DNA of 54,526 nucleotides from Promethearchaeota archaeon (GTDB lineage Archaea; Asgardarchaeota; Hermodarchaeia; Hermodarchaeales; Hermodarchaeaceae): NCBI GenBank assembly GCA_048939625.1, contig JBHLPH010000014.1, positions 1 to 54,526 of the forward strand, read 5' to 3'. Shown piece by piece: positions 39,672 to 48,518 of this stretch (position 1 is its first letter; each line of letters starts with the position of its first letter). The notes under the pieces were generated by a model. It saw only the letters and a program-made list of their open reading frames with translations, ran no database searches and was not told where the DNA came from. The position numbers and the translations under genes were made by a program.

Positions 39672-40805
39672 ATGTCAGAGTCCCAACTGCAAAAAACCCA
39701 CTTACATGATTGGCATGAAGCGAACGGTGCCAAAATGGCGGCTTTTGCTGGTTTTCATATGCCCTTATGGTATACTGCAGCAGTTCCAGAACATCTTGCC
39801 ACTAGGAACGCAGCTGGACTCTTCGATGTAACCCATATGGGCAGGGCGATGATAACTGGTCAAGAAGCAACAAAATACCTAGAAAATCTTCTACCCACTC
39901 GGATCCAGCGACTAGAACAGGGAGCCGGGACCTACAGTGTCTTCTGTACAGCGGAGGGAGGAATCGTCGATGATCTTTTCATTTTCCGACTAGCCGATGA
40001 GCACTATTACATGGTTGTAAACGGAGCTAACCGTAAGAAGGACTTTGCTTGGATGAAGAAACATAGCAGCGGCTATGATGTCAAAATCGACGATATTTCT
40101 AATGAGACACCTATGTTTGCCCTTCAGGGACCATTAGCAGTGAAGGTCCTACAAAAGCTCTCATCGAAGAAGATTGCGTCGGTTTCACGATTTAATGCAA
40201 TTGAAACTGATCTCGATGGTTTTCCAGTTATTGCAACCCGTAGTGGTTATACAGGGGAAGATGGCTTTGAAATCGCACAAACCAATGTGAGTGAAAAAGA
40301 GAAAGCAGTACAACTTTGGGAAACTATCTTGAAGGCAGGAAATGCGGAAGGAGTTGTTCCAGTAGGATTGGCAGCACGTGATACGCTTCGCTTAGAAGCG
40401 GGAATGGTTTTGTACGGGAACGATATTAACGAAAATACAACACCCTATCAGGCGCGTATCGGGTTTGTAGTGCACCTTAAGAAAGAGCGATTTATTGGTA
40501 AAGCGGCATTGGTTGCTGAAAAACGGAATCGGCCTCAGCGCCTACGAGTAGGATTAATCATGATGGATAAGGGGATTCCTCGGACTGGAAATTCGATTAT
40601 TGTAAAAGGGGAAGTGGTTGGAGAAATTACGAGTGGGTCAATTTCACCTTTAATTCGAAAAGGAATTGCGTTAGGGTACGTTCAACGACCATACCGAAAG
40701 TCAGACACCCTCGTTCACATTAAAATTAGCAATAAACTGCGATGGGCCGAAGTTATTCACCCCAAGAACCTGCTTGGACGAATCAAACAACTAGCAAGTG
40801 TATAG
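39672..40805 (+). CDS. gcvT: glycine cleavage system T protein
   Basis: GLFDVTHMG, ALQGP, RSGYTGEDGFEI, GLAARDTLRLEAG and G.ITSG..SP. Confidence 0.95.
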   Translation: MSESQLQKTHLHDWHEANGAKMAAFAGFHMPLWYTAAVPEHLATRNAAGLFDVTHMGRAMITGQEATKYLENLLPTRIQRLEQGAGTYSVFCTAEGGIVDDLFIFRLADEHYYMVVNGANRKKDFAWMKKHSSGYDVKIDDISNETPMFALQGPLAVKVLQKLSSKKIASVSRFNAIETDLDGFPVIATRSGYTGEDGFEIAQTNVSEKEKAVQLWETILKAGNAEGVVPVGLAARDTLRLEAGMVLYGNDINENTTPYQARIGFVVHLKKERFIGKAALVAEKRNRPQRLRVGLIMMDKGIPRTGNSIIVKGEVVGEITSGSISPLIRKGIALGYVQRPYRKSDTLVHIKISNKLRWAEVIHPKNLLGRIKQLASV

Positions 40806-40822
40806 TTGAAATTGGGTTTTGG

Positions 40823-41110
40823 TTAATGGGAGTCCCAATCATTTTCTACTTCATTGACAAAATCCACTAACAGCTGAGCGACTGGATGCTTGGGGTTCAA
40901 GTGTAAAATTCGGCGTCGTCGGAAAAATCGAATATCAGAGACGATTCCCGCTTTAATTAGTGGAAGTAGACAGCGTTCAACTGATGAGACAGAAACATTT
41001 GCTCGACGAGCCAGCATTGAAAGGTGCATCGTCGAATCTTTCTGTTCAATGAGGACCTCTAGAAGCCGAACTTGTGGGGTATCCCCAAATAGCTCTTTTA
41101 ACCGACCCAT
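40823..41110 (-). CDS. small winged-helix protein
   Basis: LFG.....RLLE.L, S.LARRA.VS...V...L..L...G.V and LN..HP. Confidence 0.75.
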   Translation of the reverse strand: MGRLKELFGDTPQVRLLEVLIEQKDSTMHLSMLARRANVSVSSVERCLLPLIKAGIVSDIRFFRRRRILHLNPKHPVAQLLVDFVNEVENDWDSH

Positions 41111-41212
41111 TGTCTGTAGCCAACCTCACCGCTCCTGAAAGGAACAGCTGTCCATACAGAGGTACTGTTAGGAAAAAAAGGCTTCTCTCAAAAAGCATCT
41201 GGACAGTTTATG

Positions 41213-41902
41213 CTAAGAAACAGTCACGCGGCTCCCAATTTTTCCCTCATTAATCGCCTGAAGGATATTTTGGGGTGGCTTGCCATTTACAAACCACAGT
41301 TCAATCCCACCACGTTCAATGATATCCAATGCCCGTTGATCAAATAACGGGTATGAACCAGGTTCATTGGTAAGTGACGAGACAATCTCCCGCAAGTCAT
41401 TAATGGTGAGTTCTGTGATGAGTTTTGCATCAGGTGATTGCTTTGGATCAAGCTCATACACTCCATCAACGTCAGTAACATTGACTAGGATCTTAGCTTC
41501 CAATATTTCTGCAACACGAGCCGCTACTGCATTCGTAGATTGGCGTGGTTGCAGCCCCCCTAACACAACCAATTCATCCGTTCCAATCAGTTGAACTAAT
41601 TGTTCTTCTGTCATAATCGGAGTGCTGTGAGCGATATCCCCCAAGGCAGCAATCATGAGTTGAGCACACACCCAGGTTGCAGCAATACCCAATTGATCTA
41701 GTGCATCGCGATTAGCCCCCAGACGTTTTCCTTTTTCTACAAGTTTTTTGGCTAAGACCCCTCCCCCAACAATCAGAGCCAAATCATGCCCTTCATTTTT
41801 TAATTGGCTGATAATTTGAGCATATTCTTTGAATTGATTTAAATCGAGTTTTTGATCAGTATCGAAGAGAAGAGACCCACCAATTTTGATGACACACTTC
41901 AT
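41213..41902 (-). CDS. pyrH: UMP kinase (archaeal type)
   Basis: VIKIGGS, VGGG..A, D..GI.AT, P.QSTNAVA and TDVDGVY..DP. Confidence 0.92.
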   Translation of the reverse strand: MKCVIKIGGSLLFDTDQKLDLNQFKEYAQIISQLKNEGHDLALIVGGGVLAKKLVEKGKRLGANRDALDQLGIAATWVCAQLMIAALGDIAHSTPIMTEEQLVQLIGTDELVVLGGLQPRQSTNAVAARVAEILEAKILVNVTDVDGVYELDPKQSPDAKLITELTINDLREIVSSLTNEPGSYPLFDQRALDIIERGGIELWFVNGKPPQNILQAINEGKIGSRVTVS

Positions 41903-42012
41903 ATCATCACCTTTGTAGTTCGAAAAGTTTATGATGACCTTTAACGGTTGCTGCTCGCACCTAATAGCGCATATCTGCTTTTTTGCTTTATGCGAACAGG
42001 GAGTTACCCCAA

Positions 42013-43272
42013 ATGTCTACTACCAGTGAATCATTTCAGCGGTTCAAGCTAAAGAAGGTAGTGGACACGCTCGCTCAGAAGAAGGGACTCCATACTGAAC
42101 TCATCACGTTGTATATTCCTCCTGATCGGCAGATGAGCGATGTGATAGGATCCCTGCGGACAGAATATGGCACAGCTACTAACATTAAGTCAAAGTCTAC
42201 ACGCAAGAATGTGATGGACGCCATTCAAACGGTGATTCAACGACTGAAGATTATTCCCAAGCCTCCACCACATGGGCTTGCAGTCTTTGCAGGGGCAATC
42301 CCGCACGGTGCTCCAGGAAACGAGAAGATGGAAATCTATCTCATAGAACCACCCGAACCAGTTAACGTCTATATCTATCGGTGCGCCGCAGAGTTTTGGT
42401 TAGATCCGCTCCGCGAAATGCTCAAACCGAAGGAAAGTTATGGGCTCATTTCAATTGACAGAAGTGCTGCAGCATGGGCTTTGCTTCGAGGAACTAGCCT
42501 CAACGTCATTAAAACAGTGAAATCGGGGATTATGGGTAAACACCGAGCAGGTGGACAGAGTCAACGGCGTTTTGAACGATTAATTGAACAGGCCGCCCAT
42601 GAGTTTCTCACCCGATCAGCCGAACTGACCCGAGAGTACTTCGAGGAAGTACCGGACCTACAAGGTATCATCATTGGAGGTCCAGGATTTACCAAAGATA
42701 CTTTTGCAGAAAAAGGCTACCTCAAACCTCCTTTGAAGGATAAAGTCTTGGCGGTGCTCGATACCGCCTATGCAGGTGAAGAAGGCATCCGTGCCCTAGT
42801 TGAAAAATCAGAAGATATTCTTCGAAATCAACGATTAATCGAAGAAAAACGCCTCGTGCAACGATTCTTAGGTGAACTCGCACGGGATACCGGTCTGGCT
42901 ACCTATGGCGAAAAACAGGTCCGTGAAGCTTTGGACCGTGGAGCTGTCGAAATCATCATCATCTCAGAAGGGATTGACTACTCCCGGGTTACCATCCAAT
43001 GTAGTTCCTGCGGAGATTCATTTGAAAAGACCTTAAGACCTGACGCTATAACCAACTTGGAAACTGAGCTGGAAACCCAACAGTGTAAAAAATGCCACAA
43101 CCAAACGATGCAAATCGTTGAAACGAAAGATATCGTTGATGAACTCGGAGAAATTGCTAGCGACACTGGAGCTGAAATCGAAATTATCTCTCCGGAAACG
43201 GAGGAAGGCAAACAACTTCTTACCTCCTTCCGTGGTATCGGAGCTATTCTTCGATGGTCTGACCAAAGCTAG
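42013..43272 (+). CDS. prf1: peptide chain release factor aRF1
   Basis: TELITLYIPP, NIKS, YRC, GGQS, Zn-ribbon minidomain and GIGAILR. Confidence 0.97.
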   Translation: MSTTSESFQRFKLKKVVDTLAQKKGLHTELITLYIPPDRQMSDVIGSLRTEYGTATNIKSKSTRKNVMDAIQTVIQRLKIIPKPPPHGLAVFAGAIPHGAPGNEKMEIYLIEPPEPVNVYIYRCAAEFWLDPLREMLKPKESYGLISIDRSAAAWALLRGTSLNVIKTVKSGIMGKHRAGGQSQRRFERLIEQAAHEFLTRSAELTREYFEEVPDLQGIIIGGPGFTKDTFAEKGYLKPPLKDKVLAVLDTAYAGEEGIRALVEKSEDILRNQRLIEEKRLVQRFLGELARDTGLATYGEKQVREALDRGAVEIIIISEGIDYSRVTIQCSSCGDSFEKTLRPDAITNLETELETQQCKKCHNQTMQIVETKDIVDELGEIASDTGAEIEIISPETEEGKQLLTSFRGIGAILRWSDQS

Positions 43273-43395
43273 TCAAAAATAGTTGGAGAAAGCCTTTTTA
43301 ACGAGCGGAAGAATGCCGTCTCCTAGTCAAATGAAAACGCCATTAGGAAGGCATATTTTCCTCTCCAAAACCTAATTCAAACGAAGTTGTCAACC

Positions 43396-45789
43396 ATGGG
43401 GCATGATTTGTTACTTAAAGAAAAACGTTGGAAACCCGAAATTGAAGAAGAGATTCTTAAACTATGGACCAAAGACCAGCTTTATGCCTTCAACAAAAAC
43501 ACAAGTAACCCAGTTTTCTCCGTTGATACGCCTCCTCCTTATTTGAGTGGCCCCTGGCATGTTGGGGGCTCCATTCATTATGCACAAATTGACATGATTG
43601 CTCGGACGAAGCGAATGGAAGGGTATGAAGTCATATTCCCCATGGGATTGGATCGCAATGGTTTACCCATTGAGGTTCAAGTTGAAAAAGCCTACAAAAA
43701 AAGCATGCACGAAATTCCCCGTCAACGATTCTTGGATTTATGCGCTGAATTTCTTGATCGTAATGAAGAAATTATCGTTGAGCATGCACAGCGTCTCGGT
43801 CTTAGCTGCAACTCCTTTAATGACAACAAAATGTATCGCACTGATAGTCCCGAGTATCGAGCCATAACTCAACGCACCTTCATCGAACTTTACAATAAAG
43901 GACTCATCTACATTGATGATCGACCTAACAATTGGTGCCCTGAATGCGGTACTACAATAGCTGACGCGGAAGTCGAATACAAGGATATCGAAACCACTCT
44001 TTCAACTCTCAAATTCACTATCGAAGAAACTGGAGAAGAGTTACTTATCGCCACCACACGACCTGAACTGCTTTCTGCCTGTGCTGCGGTCCTGGTCAAT
44101 CCAGACGACAATCGCTACAAGCACTTACATGGAAAAACTGCGATTACACCTCTCTACAACAAGGGTGTCCCCATAATCCCTCATCACGAAGCCCGTATCG
44201 AGTTTGGAACCGGGGCTGTGATGGTCTGTAGTTATGGCGACTACACAGATGTCCGACTCTTCCGAGAACTAGAATTAGATCCGATCAATTCCCTGGGTCC
44301 CGATGGGAAACTCACTGATATTACCGGTCCTTACAAAGGACTCACCGTCACAGAAGGGCGCAAAGCGATTCTCCAAGATTTGAAGGAGCAGAAACTCGTC
44401 TTGAAACAAGAGTCGACGATGCATCGAACGCCCACTTGTTGGCGGAGTCGAAACCCTATCGAATTTATTGCCATGCCCGAATATTACCTAAAGCAGTTAC
44501 AGTACATCGATGACCTCAGAGTCGTTGTTGACCAAATGACCTTCTTCCCAATGAAGAACAAACAGATTCTGGTCGACTGGATCAATAGTGTCAGCAGAGA
44601 CTGGCCAATCAGCCGCCGTCGCTACTACGGGACAGAAGTTCCACTCTGGTACTGTAAAAAATGTAAAGAGACTATCGTTCCTCCGCCTGGTCCTTACTAT
44701 CAACCCTGGAAGACCCTTCCACCCATTGATAAATGCCCCAAATGTGGGACTAAAGGTCAATTCGAAGGCGAAACGCGCACGCTTGACACTTGGATGGACT
44801 CATCCCTCAGTGGCCTCATTACGATCTTCTATACGAAAGACGACCTATTCTTCAATGAGCACTTCCCACCGAGTATCCGACCTCAGGGTAAAGATATAGT
44901 TCGCACCTGGCTTTACTACTCCATCCTCCGCACTTACCAGCTCTTCCAAGCCCCCGCTTTCCAATACGTCTGGATCAGCGGTCACGGTCTAGACGAAAAA
45001 GGTGAAGCCATGAGCAAATCTCGCGGCAACACCATCGACCCAAACCCCATCATCACTAAATACGGTGCAGATGCTTTCCGGCTTTGGGGAGCCCTTGAAG
45101 CCTCGCTTGGCTCCGACTTCCGTTTCAACGAAGGCCGCCTTGCTGGTGCACATCGCTTCCTCACTAAGCTCTGGAACATCTCCCGCTTCATTTCCGGGTT
45201 CCCTCAGCCAACTGAGGATACAATCGACCTACAACCAGCAGACCATTGGATTCTCTCTGAACTGAATACACTCATCGATAAAGCAAAGCAAGGATACACG
45301 AAACTCGATTTCATCATCCCCTCCCGTGAACTGCGCATCTTCACCTGGGACCTGTTTGCCAGCCACTACCTTGAACTCGTCAAAGGTCGAGCTTATTCCG
45401 AAAAGGATGAAGCCGGACGAACTGCCGCTTGGTATACGCTCCACAAGGTTCTCAACGCCATTCTGAAGCTCCTCGCCCCCATCTGTCCCTACATCACCGA
45501 TAAGATTCATCGTGAACTCTATGATCCCAAAACCTCGATACACAAATATCAATTCCCCGAACCCATAACCGGCGTTACCGAAGACCATCCAACCGAAATG
45601 CTCACACAATTCAATACCGATATCTGGAAACACAAAAAAGACCACAAAATGAGCCTCCGAGAATCCCTCCCAGAAGTCACTACAGCAAACCCTCTCAAAC
45701 CCTACGGCGAGGACCTTAAACGGATGCATAACATCCAAACCCTGAAGTTCCACACAAAGGATAACACAAAAATACCTCCATCCAAATAA
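43396..45789 (+). CDS. valS: valine--tRNA ligase (archaeal type)
   Basis: DTPPPY.SG..HVG, IATTRPEL, W.ISR.R.YG, DTWMDSS, QG.DI.RTW and AMSKS. Confidence 0.95.
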   Translation: MGHDLLLKEKRWKPEIEEEILKLWTKDQLYAFNKNTSNPVFSVDTPPPYLSGPWHVGGSIHYAQIDMIARTKRMEGYEVIFPMGLDRNGLPIEVQVEKAYKKSMHEIPRQRFLDLCAEFLDRNEEIIVEHAQRLGLSCNSFNDNKMYRTDSPEYRAITQRTFIELYNKGLIYIDDRPNNWCPECGTTIADAEVEYKDIETTLSTLKFTIEETGEELLIATTRPELLSACAAVLVNPDDNRYKHLHGKTAITPLYNKGVPIIPHHEARIEFGTGAVMVCSYGDYTDVRLFRELELDPINSLGPDGKLTDITGPYKGLTVTEGRKAILQDLKEQKLVLKQESTMHRTPTCWRSRNPIEFIAMPEYYLKQLQYIDDLRVVVDQMTFFPMKNKQILVDWINSVSRDWPISRRRYYGTEVPLWYCKKCKETIVPPPGPYYQPWKTLPPIDKCPKCGTKGQFEGETRTLDTWMDSSLSGLITIFYTKDDLFFNEHFPPSIRPQGKDIVRTWLYYSILRTYQLFQAPAFQYVWISGHGLDEKGEAMSKSRGNTIDPNPIITKYGADAFRLWGALEASLGSDFRFNEGRLAGAHRFLTKLWNISRFISGFPQPTEDTIDLQPADHWILSELNTLIDKAKQGYTKLDFIIPSRELRIFTWDLFASHYLELVKGRAYSEKDEAGRTAAWYTLHKVLNAILKLLAPICPYITDKIHRELYDPKTSIHKYQFPEPITGVTEDHPTEMLTQFNTDIWKHKKDHKMSLRESLPEVTTANPLKPYGEDLKRMHNIQTLKFHTKDNTKIPPSK

Positions 45790-45803
45790 CCCCGCATCCC
45801 CGT

Positions 45804-45878
45804 GGGGTGATAGATCAATGGTAGATCGCGTGCCTCGCACGCACGAGGTTCCGGGTTCAAGTCCCGGTCACTCCACCA
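45804..45878 (+). tRNA. tRNA-Ala(CGC), intronless
   Basis: GGGGTGA/TCACTCC with G3:U70; CGTGC-CT-CGC-AC-GCACG; CCA encoded. Confidence 0.95.
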
Positions 45879-45953
45879 CTCCAACTCAGTAAGGATTCCC
45901 TGGCAAAACCCATATAAGCAACGAACCCCACGCCCAACAACGCAAACGACTGT

Positions 45954-46058
45954 GGTTCGGTGGCCTAGTAGATACCCATAACAGGTATCTGGGCAATCTG
46001 GTGGGGCACTCGGCTGATAACCGAGTGGTCGCGGGTTCAAATCCCGTCCGAACCACCA
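45954..46058 (+). tRNA. tRNA-Ile(GAU) with a 28-nt D-loop intron (15/16)
   Basis: GGTTCGG/CCGAACC-A-CCA; CTCGG-CT-GAT-AA-CCGAG; BHB GCCT-AG|T-AGATACC..GGTATCT-GGGC-AA|T; intron at 45969-45996. Confidence 0.93.
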
Positions 46059-46196
46059 TTTTTCCTTTTAAAGAAACATGTTCGTAACGAAAGAAATGGA
46101 GTCTATGAATCCTAGAGGTAAACTAGTTTTGGTGCAATTTTTTACCTTTTAACACCTAAATCGATTCCCTTTGTTTTCATTTTCTTTTTCATGTTT

Positions 46197-46244
46197 TTAT
46201 ACAACACTCGTCGGGCAATTGTTGGAAAAACCAGATGGAGGCAT
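46197..46244 (-). CDS. putative 15-aa peptide MPPSGFSNNCPTSVV
   Basis: Directly downstream of the 583-aa wHTH gene; GAGGGT ~11 nt upstream; shares PPS with the two peptides at 48.2-48.4 kb. It overlaps an alternative 45-aa frame (46142-46279). Confidence 0.25.
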   Translation of the reverse strand: MPPSGFSNNCPTSVV

Positions 46245-46301
46245 TTAAGAAATGTACCCTCAACGACCAATTTTCCCATTTTAGACTAGTTTCGGAGCGA
46301 A

Positions 46302-48053
46302 TTAGCTCGAATCTAATTCGGGTAGAAAAGTTCGCTCCCATTTCCATTCTCTTTTTTTGAAATCATAATTTTGATGACTTATTGGTGACTCAAAACCACT
46401 GGCAGTTTGCCAAGTAGGTTTCACTTCAATATTAACATTAATTTCATTCTTTACGAAAGTTTCACGAAGAATTGAAAGGGTTTCTACAGCAGAATGATTT
46501 GGAATAAATAAGACGATCAAGCCATTGCCATTTTCAAAAATTAATGCTCTCATGTTAGGTAAAACACTCAACGCTTTTGCTAATAGAATGGTTATTGATT
46601 TTGTTTCTTTAACATAGAGTTGAATAGCAGTGTCCAATCCAATATGTAAGAGCACTAACCCTTGTAAGTGACTAACGTTCATTTTTTCTAATTGTCTAAT
46701 TCGACGACGATAAATCATATGAGCAGTCTCAGAGATGCCAGCTTGACGAATTTCTTCAGAAACTGGAGATGTAATGCGATCAGTTAGTTGGTGAATATCA
46801 GCCGCGCGAAGAAAGTAGGTGAAGTCTTCCGGTCGTAGGCTAATGGGATAATCCTGATTTGTTTCTAACAATTCGTATGACATTGATGATATTGAAAGAG
46901 CAGAAGTATCAATTTCAGTTTGATGGTTAATTGCGGATCTTATTTGGTAGTATTGTAAGGTGAAGTCTTGAGGCCATCCTGAATCAGGGACATAGATTTC
47001 AAAATTCCAAGAGCGTATTATTTCGTTAGTTCGAAGAGGAACAATCGGTAATATCTCCTGTGAATTCGAAAGGGCGAGTAGCCAGTCTTTGAATTCTTTC
47101 TCGTGCTTAGCTGGGACTATAACGCGGCAATGCAAGTTCGTTTTTTGAAATGTATTGATAAACCAAGTAAATTGGATTTCACTGAAGAGTGAGCTAATCC
47201 TTTGAAGAGTTTTAGTATCAGGAGTTTGTATAATGAGTTCGAATGGCGTAAGACCGATTAGTGGCAGATTAATGAAATGATTTAACCTCAGCAAGTGGCG
47301 TTTTGCTAGGTTGCTAAGGTGTTGGCTGAGTCCTGAAATGCTCATGTTGAGTTGGTCGGCAAGGCGGCTTTGGTGAAGGTGGGTGGTGAGTTGGCTAAGG
47401 GCAGAAAGGATGTGGTGCTCGGGTGGGGTGAGGGGAATATGAGTTTCGAGCATCCAGCGTTCTAGGGCAGCGGTGTAGGTGGGGGTAGCAAGAGAGATTC
47501 CGGTGGTTGGGGGACGGAGAGTGTTAAGCCAGGTAATGACGCGGTGAAGGAACGTTCCGGTGACGACTTGGTCGAAGAGAGGAAAGCCGAAAGGACCATC
47601 GTAGATGTAGTGCCGGTAATGTTGGGGGGGTGAGACCTGCTTCCAGAGCGCTATGAGCATTTCTCGATTGGCGTCGGTATAATCGCCATATTGGAGACCA
47701 GCGTAAAGACCCAAGTCAGCAGCTTCGGAGATGTGGCGTAGATGGGGGAGAAGGAAATTAAGAAGCGCTTCCCTCCACAACACCCAGTCCAAGATAGGCG
47801 TGGCTTTGTTTTGGAGAGCCTGCGCTAAAGTGACAGCCCAACTACCCCGGGAGCGGTCAGCCCGTTGGATTTCAAGTGCCCCGAAACGTGGTCGATCATA
47901 ATGGAGCGGAATATCACCCCATGTGAGCATGAGAATCCGATCTTTATGCCTAGGCAAAGGCTCAATCTCAAGTTCCTCTCGTAACCGCTCCTGTTTTTGG
48001 TGAAACCGTTGTGTGAGTGATTGTGAATGAAGTGCCACTGCAGTGCCATCCAT
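46302..48053 (-). CDS. large winged-helix protein (degenerate zincin-like N-domain, wHTH, Lrp/AsnC-like repeats), paralog 1
   Basis: HTH QSRLADQLNMSISGLSQHLSNL followed by the Lrp-like linker INLPLIGL; second degenerate repeat YRRRIRQLEK..LLHIGL; motifs shared with paralog 2. Confidence 0.75.
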   Translation of the reverse strand: MDGTAVALHSQSLTQRFHQKQERLREELEIEPLPRHKDRILMLTWGDIPLHYDRPRFGALEIQRADRSRGSWAVTLAQALQNKATPILDWVLWREALLNFLLPHLRHISEAADLGLYAGLQYGDYTDANREMLIALWKQVSPPQHYRHYIYDGPFGFPLFDQVVTGTFLHRVITWLNTLRPPTTGISLATPTYTAALERWMLETHIPLTPPEHHILSALSQLTTHLHQSRLADQLNMSISGLSQHLSNLAKRHLLRLNHFINLPLIGLTPFELIIQTPDTKTLQRISSLFSEIQFTWFINTFQKTNLHCRVIVPAKHEKEFKDWLLALSNSQEILPIVPLRTNEIIRSWNFEIYVPDSGWPQDFTLQYYQIRSAINHQTEIDTSALSISSMSYELLETNQDYPISLRPEDFTYFLRAADIHQLTDRITSPVSEEIRQAGISETAHMIYRRRIRQLEKMNVSHLQGLVLLHIGLDTAIQLYVKETKSITILLAKALSVLPNMRALIFENGNGLIVLFIPNHSAVETLSILRETFVKNEINVNIEVKPTWQTASGFESPISHQNYDFKKREWKWERTFLPELDSS

Positions 48054-48153
48054 TAGATAGCTATACAGGGGAAGGAGTGTAATTCTATCTTTTGATTTGA
48101 AGATCCTTATTGATTAGGTTATGATTAGCCTTTCATTTTCAATTAAAAAATAG

Positions 48154-48179
48154 AAAAAAGGGAACCCAAAATGGGTTCC
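48154..48179 (-). terminator. hairpin plus U-tract directly after the 14-aa ORF
   Basis: Minus strand reads GGAACCCA-TTT-TGGGTTCC-CTTTTTT. Confidence 0.55.
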
Positions 48180-48223
48180 TAAAGATTCACATCTGGAACA
48201 GGACATGATGGGGGGAATTCCAT
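48179..48223 (-). CDS. putative 14-aa peptide MEFPPSCPVPDVNL
   Basis: ATG..TAG with AAGGA upstream; codon-level similarity to the 10-aa ORF, including synonymous third-position differences. Confidence 0.45.
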   Translation of the reverse strand: MEFPPSCPVPDVNL

Positions 48224-48326
48224 CGAAAAGGTTTCCTTTTTCTTGTTCAGTTAATTTTCCAGGGATTTAGTGAATAAGGAATCTTATTGTGTTAGATGGC
48301 TCCGAGATGAGCTAGTGGTCATAAAC

Positions 48327-48359
48327 TTAGAATGGGTCGGGACGAGATGGGGGCCACAT
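48327..48359 (-). CDS. putative 10-aa peptide MWPPSRPDPF
   Basis: AGGAGG SD at 48376-48371, 11 nt before the ATG; TATA-like TTTAAAA at ~48418-48412. Confidence 0.5.
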   Translation of the reverse strand: MWPPSRPDPF

Positions 48360-48518
48360 TGGATAGGATGCCTCCTGTTTTTTTTGGGTACCCTTTTTGT
48401 CAGTTTTACTGTTTTAAAGACCAAAATTTATCTGCAAAAAATCGGAAAAAAAGAAAACAGCAGGCCTTATTCTTTTTATTTTCCAACAGGTAGTGCGTTA
48501 TGAAGGAACTGGATATCT

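Noticed and set aside
45004-45021. AMSKS in place of KMSKS in ValRS
   Set aside because: The catalytic second Lys is retained; ordinary variation.
45229-46040. ORFs 45229-45840 and 45702-46040 (minus)
   Set aside because: Antisense to valS and to the tRNA-Ala and tRNA-Ile genes; shadow ORFs.
46142-46279. 45-aa minus-strand ORF MGKLVVEG...
   Set aside because: The Lys-rich tail derives from a T-tract and there is no motif. It cannot be fully excluded, and it competes with the 15-aa PPS frame.
48270-48503. 77-aa plus-strand ORF in the spacer
   Set aside because: Low-complexity product of A/T tracts, antisense to the SD-bearing micro-ORF.
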